Source: an uncultured Gammaproteobacteria bacterium (GTDB taxonomy: Bacteria > Patescibacteriota > Patescibacteriia > UBA11705 > JABHMO01). Taken from it: a DNA stretch of 64,000 bases. Shown one piece after another: positions 27,403 through 36,690 of this stretch (positions within the stretch are counted from its first letter, which is position 1; the number at the start of each line of letters is the position of its first letter). The position numbers and the translations under genes were made by a program. Location of the stretch: contig CAZPYM010000001.1 in NCBI GenBank assembly GCA_964590105.1, positions 1,022 to 65,021 of the forward strand, written 5' to 3'. The notes beneath the pieces are model-generated. The model was not told the origin of the DNA and made no database searches. It saw only the letters and a list, made by a program, of their open reading frames with translations.

Positions 27403-27984
27403 ATGTCCAATAGAGCAAAAGTAATCACAATTATCGTTGTCGGATTATTGGTTATCGCCGGGATAATTTATTTTTTCGTGCGTTCTGAAATGGAGCAAAA
27501 AGGCGTGAAGATGATAGATGAAAATGCGCCAGTGCCTCAGGCGGAAAACACTTTAGGCCAGGAGCCGGCGATCAAAGTTGCGCCGCCCACAAAAGAAGAA
27601 AAGCAGGCTTCCTCAGTAAAAGCAGTGGCGCAGACTTTTGCCGAAAGGTTTGGTTCATATTCAAATCACGCCAAGTATAAGAACTTTGACGAACTTTACT
27701 CCATGATGACTGCCGGAATGGAAGATTGGGTTAAAAACACATATATTCCCCAGTTAAATAATGAGCATAGTTCTGAAGGATTTTATTATCAGATCACCAC
27801 GGAAGCGCCGGTAGTAAATATCGTCGCGCAAACAGAAACAGCGGTAAAGGTTTTGCTTTCAACGCAGAGAAGGGAGCAATCAGGCGAGCAGAGTTCGGAA
27901 TTTTTGCAGGATTTGGAGCTGACTTTGGTGAAACAGGGTAATAATTGGTTTGTTGATGCGGCATTCTGGCAAGAAAGGGAGTAA
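27403..27984 (+). CDS. VirB8/PrgL-like bitopic membrane protein (candidate)
   Basis: 193 aa. One N-terminal TM, then a roughly 150-aa periplasmic domain of the size and Trp/aromatic pattern of NTF2-like VirB8. The call rests on position in the operon plus topology. Confidence 0.35.
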   Translation: MSNRAKVITIIVVGLLVIAGIIYFFVRSEMEQKGVKMIDENAPVPQAENTLGQEPAIKVAPPTKEEKQASSVKAVAQTFAERFGSYSNHAKYKNFDELYSMMTAGMEDWVKNTYIPQLNNEHSSEGFYYQITTEAPVVNIVAQTETAVKVLLSTQRREQSGEQSSEFLQDLELTLVKQGNNWFVDAAFWQERE

Positions 27985-28004
27985 AGTGTTTTTGCCCTAT
28001 AGGA

Positions 28005-28724
28005 ATGAAAAGCAATTGTAAAATAGTGTTCAATAAAATTTGGGAAAATGCGCTTGACTGTATTTTCCCAAAAGAATGTTATGATTGTGGAAAAGAGGGG
28101 GAATATTTATGCCCCTCTTGTTTTGATAATATTCAGTTGATTGAAAATTTCCCCTGTTTCTTTTGCAATGAACCTGGACACGACAGGGGCGTTTGTTCGG
28201 TTTGTTCGGCCAAGACGCAAATTGACCGGGCGATCGTGGCGGCAACTTATCTGAATAATTTAACCGGCAAGCTGGTGGAGGAATTTAAATACAATTTTGT
28301 TGAAGATTTAAAAAATATTCTGGTTAAGATTTTACAGCGGCAGATTGATCGCCGGCAGCTGGCAGGCGTTTTTTGGAACCACGTTTTGCTTCCGATACCT
28401 CTTCACAAAAAACGCCTGGCCGAGCGCGGGTTCAACCAATCCGCCGAGCTTGCCAAAGGGCTCCGGATAAAATATAATTGCACAGTGGATGAGAGCCTTT
28501 TGAAGCGGGCGAAAAACACCAGCCAGCAGGCCAAGCTGAACCGCGAACAGAGGCTGGACAATCTGCAAAACGCCTTTGTATTTAATCTAAAAAAACAACC
28601 GCCGGAAAGAGTAATTTTGCTTGACGATGTGCTGACCACAGGCGCGACTTTTTGCGAGGCGGCCAGAGTTTTAAAAGAAAGAGGCGTAAAAGAGGTGATT
28701 TGTCTGGCGATTTGCCATGGATAG
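28005..28724 (+). CDS. comFC: ComF family protein (ComFC, PRTase-type competence protein)
   Basis: N-terminal double CxxC zinc finger. 'PLHKKRLAERGFNQSAELA' and the PRTase motif 'VILLDDVLTTGATF'. Confidence 0.85.
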   Translation: MKSNCKIVFNKIWENALDCIFPKECYDCGKEGEYLCPSCFDNIQLIENFPCFFCNEPGHDRGVCSVCSAKTQIDRAIVAATYLNNLTGKLVEEFKYNFVEDLKNILVKILQRQIDRRQLAGVFWNHVLLPIPLHKKRLAERGFNQSAELAKGLRIKYNCTVDESLLKRAKNTSQQAKLNREQRLDNLQNAFVFNLKKQPPERVILLDDVLTTGATFCEAARVLKERGVKEVICLAICHG

Positions 28725-28909
28725 AAATTTCAATAATCAAATCCAATATGACGGAGCGCTCCGGTTTGTTGATGGCGAGAGTTCAGGCATTGAGGTTTTT
28801 TCTTTAGCAGAGTTAAAACAAGAAATAAAAGAAAAACCGGAAAAGTTTACAGAAGACATTAAATACATGATGATAAAATTTAATAAATATATTAAAGCAA
28901 TTAAATAAA

Positions 28910-30001
28910 ATGAAAATAATTTTTGTCGGAGGCGGCACAATCGGATCAGTCAGTCCATTACTGGCGATCAAAGACAAGTTGATCGAGCAAAAAATTTGTT
29001 CAGATTTTTTGTGGATTGGCACAGAGGGCGGGATTGAAAAGCAGATTATCGAAAAGGAAAAATTGCCTTATTTTAGCGTAAAATGTGGTAAAATTAGAAG
29101 ATATTTTTCTCTCAAAAATTTTTCTGCGCCATTTTTAACTCTGTTTGGAGTTTTTCAGTCGCTGAAAATTATTTGGAAATACAAGCCTGATGCCGTGCTG
29201 TCCGCCGGCAGTTTTGTGGGCGTGCCGGCAGTGATTGCCGCGAGAATTTTGCGGCGCAAAACATTTATTCATCAGCAGGATATCCGGCCGGGCCTTGCCA
29301 ATAAACTTTGCGCGCCGTGGGCCACAACAGTCACTGTTAGCTTCGAACAGTCAAAAAAATATTTTTCAGCGGCCAAGACCATTGTGACTGGTAATCCGGT
29401 CAGAGAGAAAATATTTAATGGGAGGAAAGACGAAGCAATAAAAAAATTTGGTTTGGAGGCTGATCTGCCGACACTACTTATTATGGGCGGAAGTTTGGGG
29501 GCGGAAAAACTGAATGAGCTGGTATTTGGCGCCGTACCGTATTTAATAGATTTTTGTCAGATAATTCATATTACTGGCATGGGACAGATTATTGACTGGG
29601 AGGACAAAGAAAAATTTGGCGTCAGGGCGAGCCGCTATCATTCAATCGAATATTTATATGATGATTTAGTCGAGGCTTATGCAGTTGCGGATCTGGTTGT
29701 CTGCCGCTCCGGCATGTCAACGCTGACCGAACTCGCGGCGCTCAAAAAAGCCATTGTTACGATTCCTATTCCCGACAATCAGCAAGAAGAGAACGCCCAA
29801 TATTTTGACAGCAAAAACGCGATTGTTATTTTGGATCAGGAAAAAACCTCGAGCAATGATTTTTTCATTATTATCAAGGGGTTAATGGAAAATGTTAATA
29901 GTTTGGAGCGGCTGCGGGACAATATTGCTCCCGTTATGATCAGCGAGGCAACAAAACGATACGTTGATTTGTTAGTTTCCTCGCTTACAGCAAAAAAATA
30001 A
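28910..30001 (+). CDS. murG: undecaprenyldiphospho-muramoylpentapeptide beta-N-acetylglucosaminyltransferase MurG
   Basis: 'MKIIFVGGGTIGSVSPLLAI' and the C-terminal 'LIMGGSLGAEKLN..ADLVVCRSGMSTLTELAALKKA' GT28 motifs. Confidence 0.9.
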   Translation: MKIIFVGGGTIGSVSPLLAIKDKLIEQKICSDFLWIGTEGGIEKQIIEKEKLPYFSVKCGKIRRYFSLKNFSAPFLTLFGVFQSLKIIWKYKPDAVLSAGSFVGVPAVIAARILRRKTFIHQQDIRPGLANKLCAPWATTVTVSFEQSKKYFSAAKTIVTGNPVREKIFNGRKDEAIKKFGLEADLPTLLIMGGSLGAEKLNELVFGAVPYLIDFCQIIHITGMGQIIDWEDKEKFGVRASRYHSIEYLYDDLVEAYAVADLVVCRSGMSTLTELAALKKAIVTIPIPDNQQEENAQYFDSKNAIVILDQEKTSSNDFFIIIKGLMENVNSLERLRDNIAPVMISEATKRYVDLLVSSLTAKK

Positions 30002-30010
30002 GAGTATTGT

Positions 30011-30652
30011 ATGAATAAAAACAATGAGTTTCATTTGCGTGAAAATGAAAAAATAATCGAGGAAGTTTATCACCATTTAGTCATTGTTGTACCGCATTTA
30101 ATCGTGGCGCTTCTGATTATAATTCTAAATTTTTTTCTAATGTATTTTTTATTTTTGCAAGGCTGGTGGGGCGTTGCTTTATTTGTGGCAGTCATTCTCC
30201 TTGTGGTTTTTTATGTCCTGCGGCTATTTTTCCTTTATCGCAAAAACAAATTTTTAATTACCAATAAAAGGATCGTTGATTTTGAACAGCCAGGTTTTTT
30301 TGAGAAGTTTATTAATGAATTTCCTTTTCCAAAAATTGTAGAGGTCAAAGCGATTGTCAAGGGTGTCTGGCCGACCATTTTTCGCTACGGAAATTTAAAA
30401 TTAATGCTAGCCGAAGACTTGGGTCCATTCGAGCTTTACAAAATATCCAATCCTGCCAAATTGCAATATTTAATAAATGAAATGCTGCAAAGTAATGAGG
30501 CTAGCGAGGCGGCAAAAGCGTCAAAATGCGTTGATTCGATTTCAATGGTAATGGCGGAGATTTCACTCCTGACTACCAATGAGAAAGAGGAAATTATCCG
30601 GAGGATAGAACAGCAGCTCCTGGATGGCAGGGGCAAGGTTGGCGCGGAATAA
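30011..30652 (+). CDS. membrane protein with bacterial PH-like (YdbS/DUF304-type) domain
   Basis: Two TM helices followed by 'FLITNKRIVDFE', which is typical of bPH_2 domains. Confidence 0.5.
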   Translation: MNKNNEFHLRENEKIIEEVYHHLVIVVPHLIVALLIIILNFFLMYFLFLQGWWGVALFVAVILLVVFYVLRLFFLYRKNKFLITNKRIVDFEQPGFFEKFINEFPFPKIVEVKAIVKGVWPTIFRYGNLKLMLAEDLGPFELYKISNPAKLQYLINEMLQSNEASEAAKASKCVDSISMVMAEISLLTTNEKEEIIRRIEQQLLDGRGKVGAE

Positions 30653-30702
30653 CGAATAAATTATAGGTTTTTAATAATTTAATTCCTGTGCTATAATATT
30701 TT

Positions 30703-31128
30703 ATGAGAAAAGAAATTCGTCAGAAAAAACAGAGGAGTTTTTTTTCGAGTTTTGCCATAGTTTTTGGGATCATTTTCTTGGCTGTGCTCTGCCTGGGTAT
30801 AGTGCAGGAATACGCAAAGCGGAGTGAACTGGACCGGGAAGTTGCCGGCCTGGAGCAGGAACTGGAAAAATTGAAATTTCAGAAAAATAATTTTTTGAGT
30901 TCTATTGAAACATATCAGACTGAATTTTTTGTCGAGCAGGAGGCCAGAACAAAATTCAATCTCAAAAAACCCGGCGAAAAAGTTTCTGTTATTCCGACTC
31001 AGGGAATTGGATTAGTCAGTAGTGGCAATAATCAGCTGGCGGCAAACGGGCAAGACTCTTTTACTGTGACTGAATCAGCCTTGCAGAATGCGCTTAATTG
31101 GTGGGATTATTTTTTCAAGCAAACTTGA
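30703..31128 (+). CDS. septum formation initiator (FtsB/DivIC-like) protein
   Basis: 141 aa. Single TM, then the coiled-coil 'REVAGLEQELEKLKFQKNNFLSSIETYQTEFFVEQEARTKFNLKKPGEKV', which is typical of FtsB/DivIC. Confidence 0.6.
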   Translation: MRKEIRQKKQRSFFSSFAIVFGIIFLAVLCLGIVQEYAKRSELDREVAGLEQELEKLKFQKNNFLSSIETYQTEFFVEQEARTKFNLKKPGEKVSVIPTQGIGLVSSGNNQLAANGQDSFTVTESALQNALNWWDYFFKQT

Positions 31129-31269
31129 AAGAATAAGAAATTAATAAATTAAAAATTAAGAAATTAAGAAAACAAGAAAACAAGAAATTGGGAAGCCTGA
31201 TAGTTAGAAATAATAAAACACCTGGCCGTCTCGCCAAGGCGAGGGCGGAGGGAATAAAAAAAATAATTT

Positions 31270-32319
31270 ATGGAAACAGAAAATGGACATGGGGCTTGCG
31301 AGCATCATGAGCATCACGCTCATAATGATGATAAAAATTCATCGGAGCATAACAGTGGCAGTCAATGGGAAAAATTAGCCCAGCGAGGTGAAGTTTTGGC
31401 CGCCGGCATTGGGAAGAAAATAAAAAAAACTAATAAAAAAATTGTTCTGCTGATAGTGAGCATTTTGGTTTTAATTGTCTGCGCGCTCGGAGCGGCTGGT
31501 TTTGGCGTTTATTATTTCAAATGGAACAACAGTTTTATAAATGGCGTGACGAAAGTCCTGCCTTATCCGGCCGCGATTGTTGACGGTCGGATTATTACTT
31601 ATCAGGATTGGCGATATGAAGTGGAAGCGGTGACCAAGTTTAGCCAGAAAAAATTTGGGGAAGCCAAGCCGCAAGAAATCGAAAAAGAAGTTTTGGATAA
31701 ATTAATTTATCAAATGATATTTAAAAAAATTGCCAGAGAATATAAGATTGAAGCGCTGGATGCGGATGTTGAAAAAAGTTTAGAACAAATTGAGAGCCAA
31801 ATGGGCGGAAAAGAAGAAACAGAAAAAGCGGTTGCGGATTTTTTTGGCTGGGATATGGCGACTTTCAAAGAGAGAATTGTCCGGCCGGAAACATTAAAAC
31901 AAAAGCTTTATGAAGGGCTCGGCCAGTCAGAAAAATTTTTGAAGCAAACGGAAAAAAGGGCTCAGCAAGTGTTAAAAGAGGTGAAAGCCGGGGACAAAAG
32001 CTTTGAAGAACTGGCCACGGAATATAGTGAGGATCCTGGTTCAGCGGAAAATGGCGGTGATTTGGGTTGGTTCCCAAAAGGGGTGATGGTCAAGGAATTT
32101 GAAGACGCGGCCTTTGCCTTGAATTCGGGAGAAGTCAGCGATTTGATTAAAACGGATTATGGCTATCATATTATAAAATTGAAAGACCGGCGGCAGTCAG
32201 AAGAAGGTGAGGAAGAAATAAATGCCAGCCATATTCTGATCCGTTTTACTGATTTTGATAAGTATTTGACAGAGTATGAAAACAAGGCAACAATTTATAA
32301 ATTTGTTGCCTTGGATTAG
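31270..32319 (+). CDS. PpiC-type peptidyl-prolyl cis-trans isomerase (PrsA/SurA-like), membrane-anchored
   Basis: Parvulin motif '[47 protein letters not shown]'. N-terminal His-rich tail, then a TM helix. Confidence 0.8.
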   Translation: METENGHGACEHHEHHAHNDDKNSSEHNSGSQWEKLAQRGEVLAAGIGKKIKKTNKKIVLLIVSILVLIVCALGAAGFGVYYFKWNNSFINGVTKVLPYPAAIVDGRIITYQDWRYEVEAVTKFSQKKFGEAKPQEIEKEVLDKLIYQMIFKKIAREYKIEALDADVEKSLEQIESQMGGKEETEKAVADFFGWDMATFKERIVRPETLKQKLYEGLGQSEKFLKQTEKRAQQVLKEVKAGDKSFEELATEYSEDPGSAENGGDLGWFPKGVMVKEFEDAAFALNSGEVSDLIKTDYGYHIIKLKDRRQSEEGEEEINASHILIRFTDFDKYLTEYENKATIYKFVALD

Positions 32320-32365
32320 TTTACTAAATAATTCTTACTTAAGGCTGAGACTGTTTTCTGAAAAA

Positions 32366-32440
32366 TGGAGCCGACCGTGGGAATCGAACCCACGACCTAC
32401 GCGTTACGAGTGCGTTGCTCTACCACTGAGCTAGGTCGGC
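32366..32440 (-). tRNA. tRNA-Thr (anticodon CGT)
   Basis: The reverse complement folds as a cloverleaf: acceptor GCCGACC/GGTCGGC, T-arm GTGGG-TTCGATT-CCCAC, anticodon loop CTCGTAA. CCA is encoded. Confidence 0.8.
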
Positions 32441-32465
32441 GTCAGTTAAATAATAATAGATTTAA

Positions 32466-33239
32466 ATGAATTGCGCAAATATAGAGAGAAAATATTGGTT
32501 GGCGTCAGGAGTGATTGCTCTTTTTGCTTGTCTTGTGGCTGGCGGAGCGGCAATGGCTATGACTGTAACGCTGATTACTGATATTAATATTGATCAGGCA
32601 ACGATTTCCCGCGGTTATACCGTGACTAGCAATGATCAAAATTTCCGTTTGGGAATTTATCCGGAAGTATTGGCCGAAGAAACAAGAGTTGTCATTAAGC
32701 AGTACGATTGCGAGTTATTTGAATATCCTGAAAATTGGCTACCGGCGAGTGATGTGTATGAATTTGATATTTTTAATAAGCAGGCATTTAAAAATGAAAA
32801 ACCGCTAAAAATCAGAATTAAAACTTTGGACCAAACAAATAATCTAAAAAAAATATTTTTTTGGAACGGAGTTCTGAGTGAATGGGTCGAATTGCCGTCT
32901 GAAGTCGGCGACTCGGAAACCATGAAATCAATTTTACATTTGCCGTACGCCAAGATGATTGTTCTGGAAAATAAAAACATCTTACAAATCGGCGACGCCA
33001 GCTGGTATGGATACAAGGGGTGCCTGTGCGCGGCTTCGCCTGATTATGAAAAAGGAACCATGCTCAATGTTAAAGACTTGGATAGCGGCAAAGAAGTTGT
33101 CGTCAAGGTGAATGATTACGGACCTGACCGCTCGCTTTTTCCAAATAGAGTGGTTGATCTGGACAAAATCGCATTTCAAAAACTTGGTAAATTGAGTTGT
33201 GGGATTTTGCGCAATGTTTTGGTGACAAAAGTAAATTAA
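32466..33239 (+). CDS. RlpA-like double-psi beta-barrel (DPBB) domain protein
   Basis: The C-terminal 'GDASWYGYKGCLCAASPDYEKGTMLNVKDLDSGKEVVVKVNDYGP' matches the RlpA/expansin-like DPBB signature. N-terminal TM. Confidence 0.7.
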   Translation: MNCANIERKYWLASGVIALFACLVAGGAAMAMTVTLITDINIDQATISRGYTVTSNDQNFRLGIYPEVLAEETRVVIKQYDCELFEYPENWLPASDVYEFDIFNKQAFKNEKPLKIRIKTLDQTNNLKKIFFWNGVLSEWVELPSEVGDSETMKSILHLPYAKMIVLENKNILQIGDASWYGYKGCLCAASPDYEKGTMLNVKDLDSGKEVVVKVNDYGPDRSLFPNRVVDLDKIAFQKLGKLSCGILRNVLVTKVN

Positions 33240-33280
33240 AAATTTTTCATGGTAGTGTTTCAAAAAATTAAAACAAAATT

Positions 33281-33961
33281 ATGATAAAATTTCATCAAGT
33301 GACAAAATACTACCCGCCGGACACCTATGCGCTCAAAGGTGTTAGTTTGCGAGTGACGCCTGGGGAATTTGTTTCAATTATTGGACAAAGTGGCAGTGGA
33401 AAAACGACGTTGGTAAAATTGTTAACAGCTGAAGAGAGATTGACTAATGGCAGTATTGATATCAGCGGCTGGGATATTTCCAATATTAATTACCGGGAGG
33501 TACCGATATTGCGGCGTCAGATTGGCGTTATTTTTCAGGATTACAAATTACTGCCACAAAAAACTGTTTACGAAAATATTGCTTTTGCGCTCGAAGCCTG
33601 CGGCGCATCGAATTCAAAAATAAAAAAAATTGTTCCGCAAATACTAAGGGTTGTGAATTTGGGACACAAGGTGGACAAATATCCGCGCCAGCTTTCCGGC
33701 GGTGAACAACAGCGGGTGGGGATTGCGCGGTCTTTGATTCACAGGCCAAAAATTTTAGTGGCGGATGAACCAACCGGTAATTTGGATTTGGCGAATACAA
33801 AAGAAATTATTGAATTATTGCAAAAAATAAATGAGCTCGGAACAACAGTATTATTAGTAACTCATAATCGGGATGTAGTGAACATGTTGAAGAAAAGAGT
33901 CGTTGTACTTGACCGCGGACAAGTTGTCAGCGATCAAAAAGTTGGACGTTATGTGATCTAA
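33281..33961 (+). CDS. ftsE: cell division ATP-binding protein FtsE
   Basis: Walker A 'GQSGSGKTT', ABC signature 'LSGGEQQRVGIARSL', Walker B 'ILVADEPTGNLD'. Immediately upstream of ftsX. Confidence 0.9.
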   Translation: MIKFHQVTKYYPPDTYALKGVSLRVTPGEFVSIIGQSGSGKTTLVKLLTAEERLTNGSIDISGWDISNINYREVPILRRQIGVIFQDYKLLPQKTVYENIAFALEACGASNSKIKKIVPQILRVVNLGHKVDKYPRQLSGGEQQRVGIARSLIHRPKILVADEPTGNLDLANTKEIIELLQKINELGTTVLLVTHNRDVVNMLKKRVVVLDRGQVVSDQKVGRYVI

Positions 33962-33980
33962 AAAAATAAATATAAAATTT

Positions 33981-34895
33981 GTGAATCATTCTTCTCTTCG
34001 AGTATTAAAATACGCTTTTCAGGATTTCGGACGTAATATCTGGCTTTCAATTGTGACGATTACCGTTTTGGTTTTAGCTTTGCTGTCTGTGAATATTCTG
34101 ATTTCTTTGAATGCGATTTCAGATAGCATCGTGGGGTCAGTCAAAGACAGGGTAGATGTGAGTGTTTTTTTCAAAAAAGAAACTCCCCAGGCTACGGTTG
34201 ATAATTTTCAGGAAAAAATAAGAGTTTTGCCGGAAGTCAAAGAAGTCGTCTTTATTGCCAAGGATCAGGCGTTGGTTGAGTTTACGGAAAAACACCGCGA
34301 TGACCCGGCCATTCTTGAAGCGTTAAAGGAAGTGGAGAAAAATCCTTTGATGGATGCGCTCATTATCAAGGCGCAAAACACTGAAGATTATCAGCAAATA
34401 TTAACGATCTTGAATTCAGCGGAAAATCAGGAAATTATTAAATATCAAAATTACACTGATCATCGGAAAATCATCGACCGCATCACTGTTATCAGCGATA
34501 AAGTCGGGAAAGTCAGCCTTGGGCTTACGGGGATTTTTTCTTTGATAGCGATTTTAATTGTTTTTAATGCTATTCGCGTGACAATTTATACGCACCGCGA
34601 AGATATTGGAGTAATGCGTCTGGTCGGAGCCAACAATTCATTTATTCGGGCGCCGTTTCTTTTGGAAGGAGTTCTGTATGCTGTTTTCGCCAGTTTAATA
34701 ACCGTGCTTTTGCTTTATGCGATTTTTGGCGCGATCGGCCCGTACCTTAGTTCATTCCTGGAAACATATAATTTTAATCTGGTGGAATACTATAATAGCA
34801 ATTTTGTTGAAATAGTTGTCCCGGAGCTTTTAGCGGTTATTTTACTTAATGTTGTGAGCAGTAGTATTGCCGTTGGGCGGTATTTAAAGGTTTGA
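33981..34895 (+). CDS. ftsX: cell division permease FtsX
   Basis: GTG start. TM1, a large extracytoplasmic loop, and three C-terminal TMs (FtsX fold). Paired with ftsE. Confidence 0.85.
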   Translation: MNHSSLRVLKYAFQDFGRNIWLSIVTITVLVLALLSVNILISLNAISDSIVGSVKDRVDVSVFFKKETPQATVDNFQEKIRVLPEVKEVVFIAKDQALVEFTEKHRDDPAILEALKEVEKNPLMDALIIKAQNTEDYQQILTILNSAENQEIIKYQNYTDHRKIIDRITVISDKVGKVSLGLTGIFSLIAILIVFNAIRVTIYTHREDIGVMRLVGANNSFIRAPFLLEGVLYAVFASLITVLLLYAIFGAIGPYLSSFLETYNFNLVEYYNSNFVEIVVPELLAVILLNVVSSSIAVGRYLKV

Positions 34896-35018
34896 CATAA
34901 GCGAGAAAATAAGCTAAAGTTGACGCGCGCAAATGGAAAATAGTTATTTATAATTGCTTGTTAAGATGAATCCTGAATTTTTGTTGAATCTTGAATTTTG
35001 AGTTTAGGGTTTTATTGT

Positions 35019-35254
<236 letters not shown>

Positions 35255-35275
35255 GCCAGGCATAAAATTATTAGT

Positions 35276-35554
35276 ATGGGTTATTTTGTATATTTTGCGC
35301 GTTGTCAGGATAAGAGTTTGTATATCGGTTGTACTGATGATCCGAATCAACGATTAAAGCGTCATAATAGAGGTGAAGGAAGCGAATGGATTAAACAGCA
35401 TGGTCCGGCAGAAATAGTATATTTTGAAGAATAGGATACTCTTATTGAAGCGAGAAGAAGAGAGCGGCAAGTAAAAAAATGGAGTCGAGTCAAGAAAGAA
35501 AATTTGATTAAGTGGGGGCATCCAATTCCCGAAAAATTGAAGGAGAAAAAATAA
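35276..35554 (+). pseudogene. GIY-YIG (YhbQ-like) nuclease gene interrupted by in-frame TAG at 35435
   Basis: 'MGYFVYFARCQDKSLYIGCTDDPNQRLKRHNRG..GPAEIVYFEE' up to the TAG, then in the same frame 'DTLIEARRRERQVKKWSRVKKENLI...', which is the conserved C-terminal helix of the family. The TAA stop abuts tRNA-Ser(TGA). Confidence 0.6.
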
Positions 35555-35646
35555 GGAGAGATGGCTGAGCGGTTGAAGGCGACGGTCTTGAAAACCGTTG
35601 AACCTGTCAAAGGGTTCCGTGGGTTCGAATCCCACTCTCTCCGCCA
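35555..35646 (+). tRNA. tRNA-Ser (anticodon TGA), class II
   Basis: GGAGAGA acceptor, anticodon stem ACGGT/ACCGT with loop CTTGAAA, long variable arm, T-arm GGTTCGAATCC. CCA is encoded. Confidence 0.85.
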
Positions 35647-35776
35647 TAAACCACTTACCCCTTCGGGGTTATAGTAGTCCACCGAATAAGCAGTAATAAT
35701 TTCTAAAAATAAGACAAAAATAAAAAGCCCCGCACTAGTCCTCGCTCTGCTCGGACGGTTCAGGGCAAGCAAAAAT

Positions 35777-36298
35777 ATGAAAAAGCATTTAATTCGCCTC
35801 CTAACGCCACATATACCGGAGGATGTTGGCGACGTTCATGTCAGTTGGGAGTTTCCGGAGTATGTTCAAATGCCTCGGACTCGCCTGTGGTATATAATTG
35901 TCTCTATTGTCTTGGCTTTGCTGGTCCTTTACGCTGTTCTCACCGCTAATTTTCTGTTCGCCATTATTCTGCTTCTTGGCGCTTTTATTTTGATTTTTCA
36001 GTATTTTCAACAGGCGAGGACTATCCCTGTAGTTATTGCGGAGGATGGAGTGATCGTGGACAGCCAGTTTTTTCCGTACCGTATACTGACAAGTTTCTCA
36101 ATTATTTACGAGCCGCCCGAGATCAAAATGCTGTATTTGGATTTCAGAAGCGACATGCGTCAGAGTCTGCCTATCCCGTTGGAAGATATTAATCCTTTGA
36201 AGGTCAGAGACGCTCTGCTTAATTACCTCGATGAAAATGTTGAACGTGAAGAAGAAGAGCTTGGTGAAACATTTGAAAGAGTTTTTCGGCTGCGTTAA
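35777..36298 (+). CDS. hypothetical membrane protein
   Basis: 173 aa with two adjacent TM helices after residue 40. No motif recognised. Confidence 0.5.
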   Translation: MKKHLIRLLTPHIPEDVGDVHVSWEFPEYVQMPRTRLWYIIVSIVLALLVLYAVLTANFLFAIILLLGAFILIFQYFQQARTIPVVIAEDGVIVDSQFFPYRILTSFSIIYEPPEIKMLYLDFRSDMRQSLPIPLEDINPLKVRDALLNYLDENVEREEEELGETFERVFRLR

Positions 36299-36374
36299 AT
36301 AAATAGAATTTAATTGCTATTATTGCAATCTTTTGTGCTGTTTTAATTTTACTTTGAAAAGTTGAATTTTTTTT

Positions 36375-36449
36375 GTCCCCGTAGTTCAACGGATAGAATG
36401 TGAGCTTGCGGAGCTTAAGATCCAGGTTCGATTCCTGGCGGGGGCACCA
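36375..36449 (+). tRNA. tRNA-Arg (anticodon GCG)
   Basis: Cloverleaf: acceptor GTCCCCG/CGGGGGC, D-stem GTTC/GAAT, anticodon stem TGAGC/GCTTA with loop TTGCGGA (U33, G37), T-arm CCAGG-TTCGATT-CCTGG. CCA is encoded. A20 and C35 fit Arg identity. Confidence 0.7.
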
Positions 36450-36515
36450 AAATCAGTGGACGGCGCAGTGCGCCGACAACGAAAAAGCTGGTCAATTTTT
36501 TGAAAGTAAGATTTT

Positions 36516-36642
36516 GGTGTGTCTTTACGGTTTGGCTTGAACTCATTTGATTCGAAACTTCTGACCGAAACCAATCCCCCCGCCGCTCGCAAAGCTCGCG
36601 TGCCAAGCAAAAACATTTTCTTTGCATTTTTTGATTTCGCGC
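36516..36642. repeat. left copy of ~130-bp inverted repeat pair
   Basis: This is the reverse complement, at about 80% identity, of 39236-39376. The conserved blocks are gcaaagaaaatgtttttgcttggcaYgcgagctttgYgagcg and aatgagttcRagccaaRcYgtaaagacacac. Confidence 0.8.
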
Positions 36643-36690
36643 ACCACCCTCAAATTTTTTTTAATTAAGAAAAAGAAAATATTTTTCCCT

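Noticed and set aside
18365-27984. Conjugative element (ICE/plasmid region)
   Set aside because: No relaxase, coupling protein (VirD4), oriT, integrase or replication genes were detectable in or beside the operon. The flanking genes are chromosomal housekeeping or competence genes.
35435-35437. TAG codon reassignment (alternative genetic code) explaining the in-frame amber in the GIY-YIG gene
   Set aside because: TAG terminates other well-supported genes in the window, for example 15919-18165. All other long ORFs are intact under the standard code. A local nonsense mutation or sequencing error is the simpler explanation.
36386-36627. Minus-strand ORFs 36386-36616 / 36415-36627 and plus-strand ORF 39092-39292 sharing the peptide 'MFLLG(T/M)RAL'
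   Set aside because: They are translations of the two arms of the inverted repeat and they overlap a tRNA gene. The similarity reflects DNA repeat identity, not a conserved protein.
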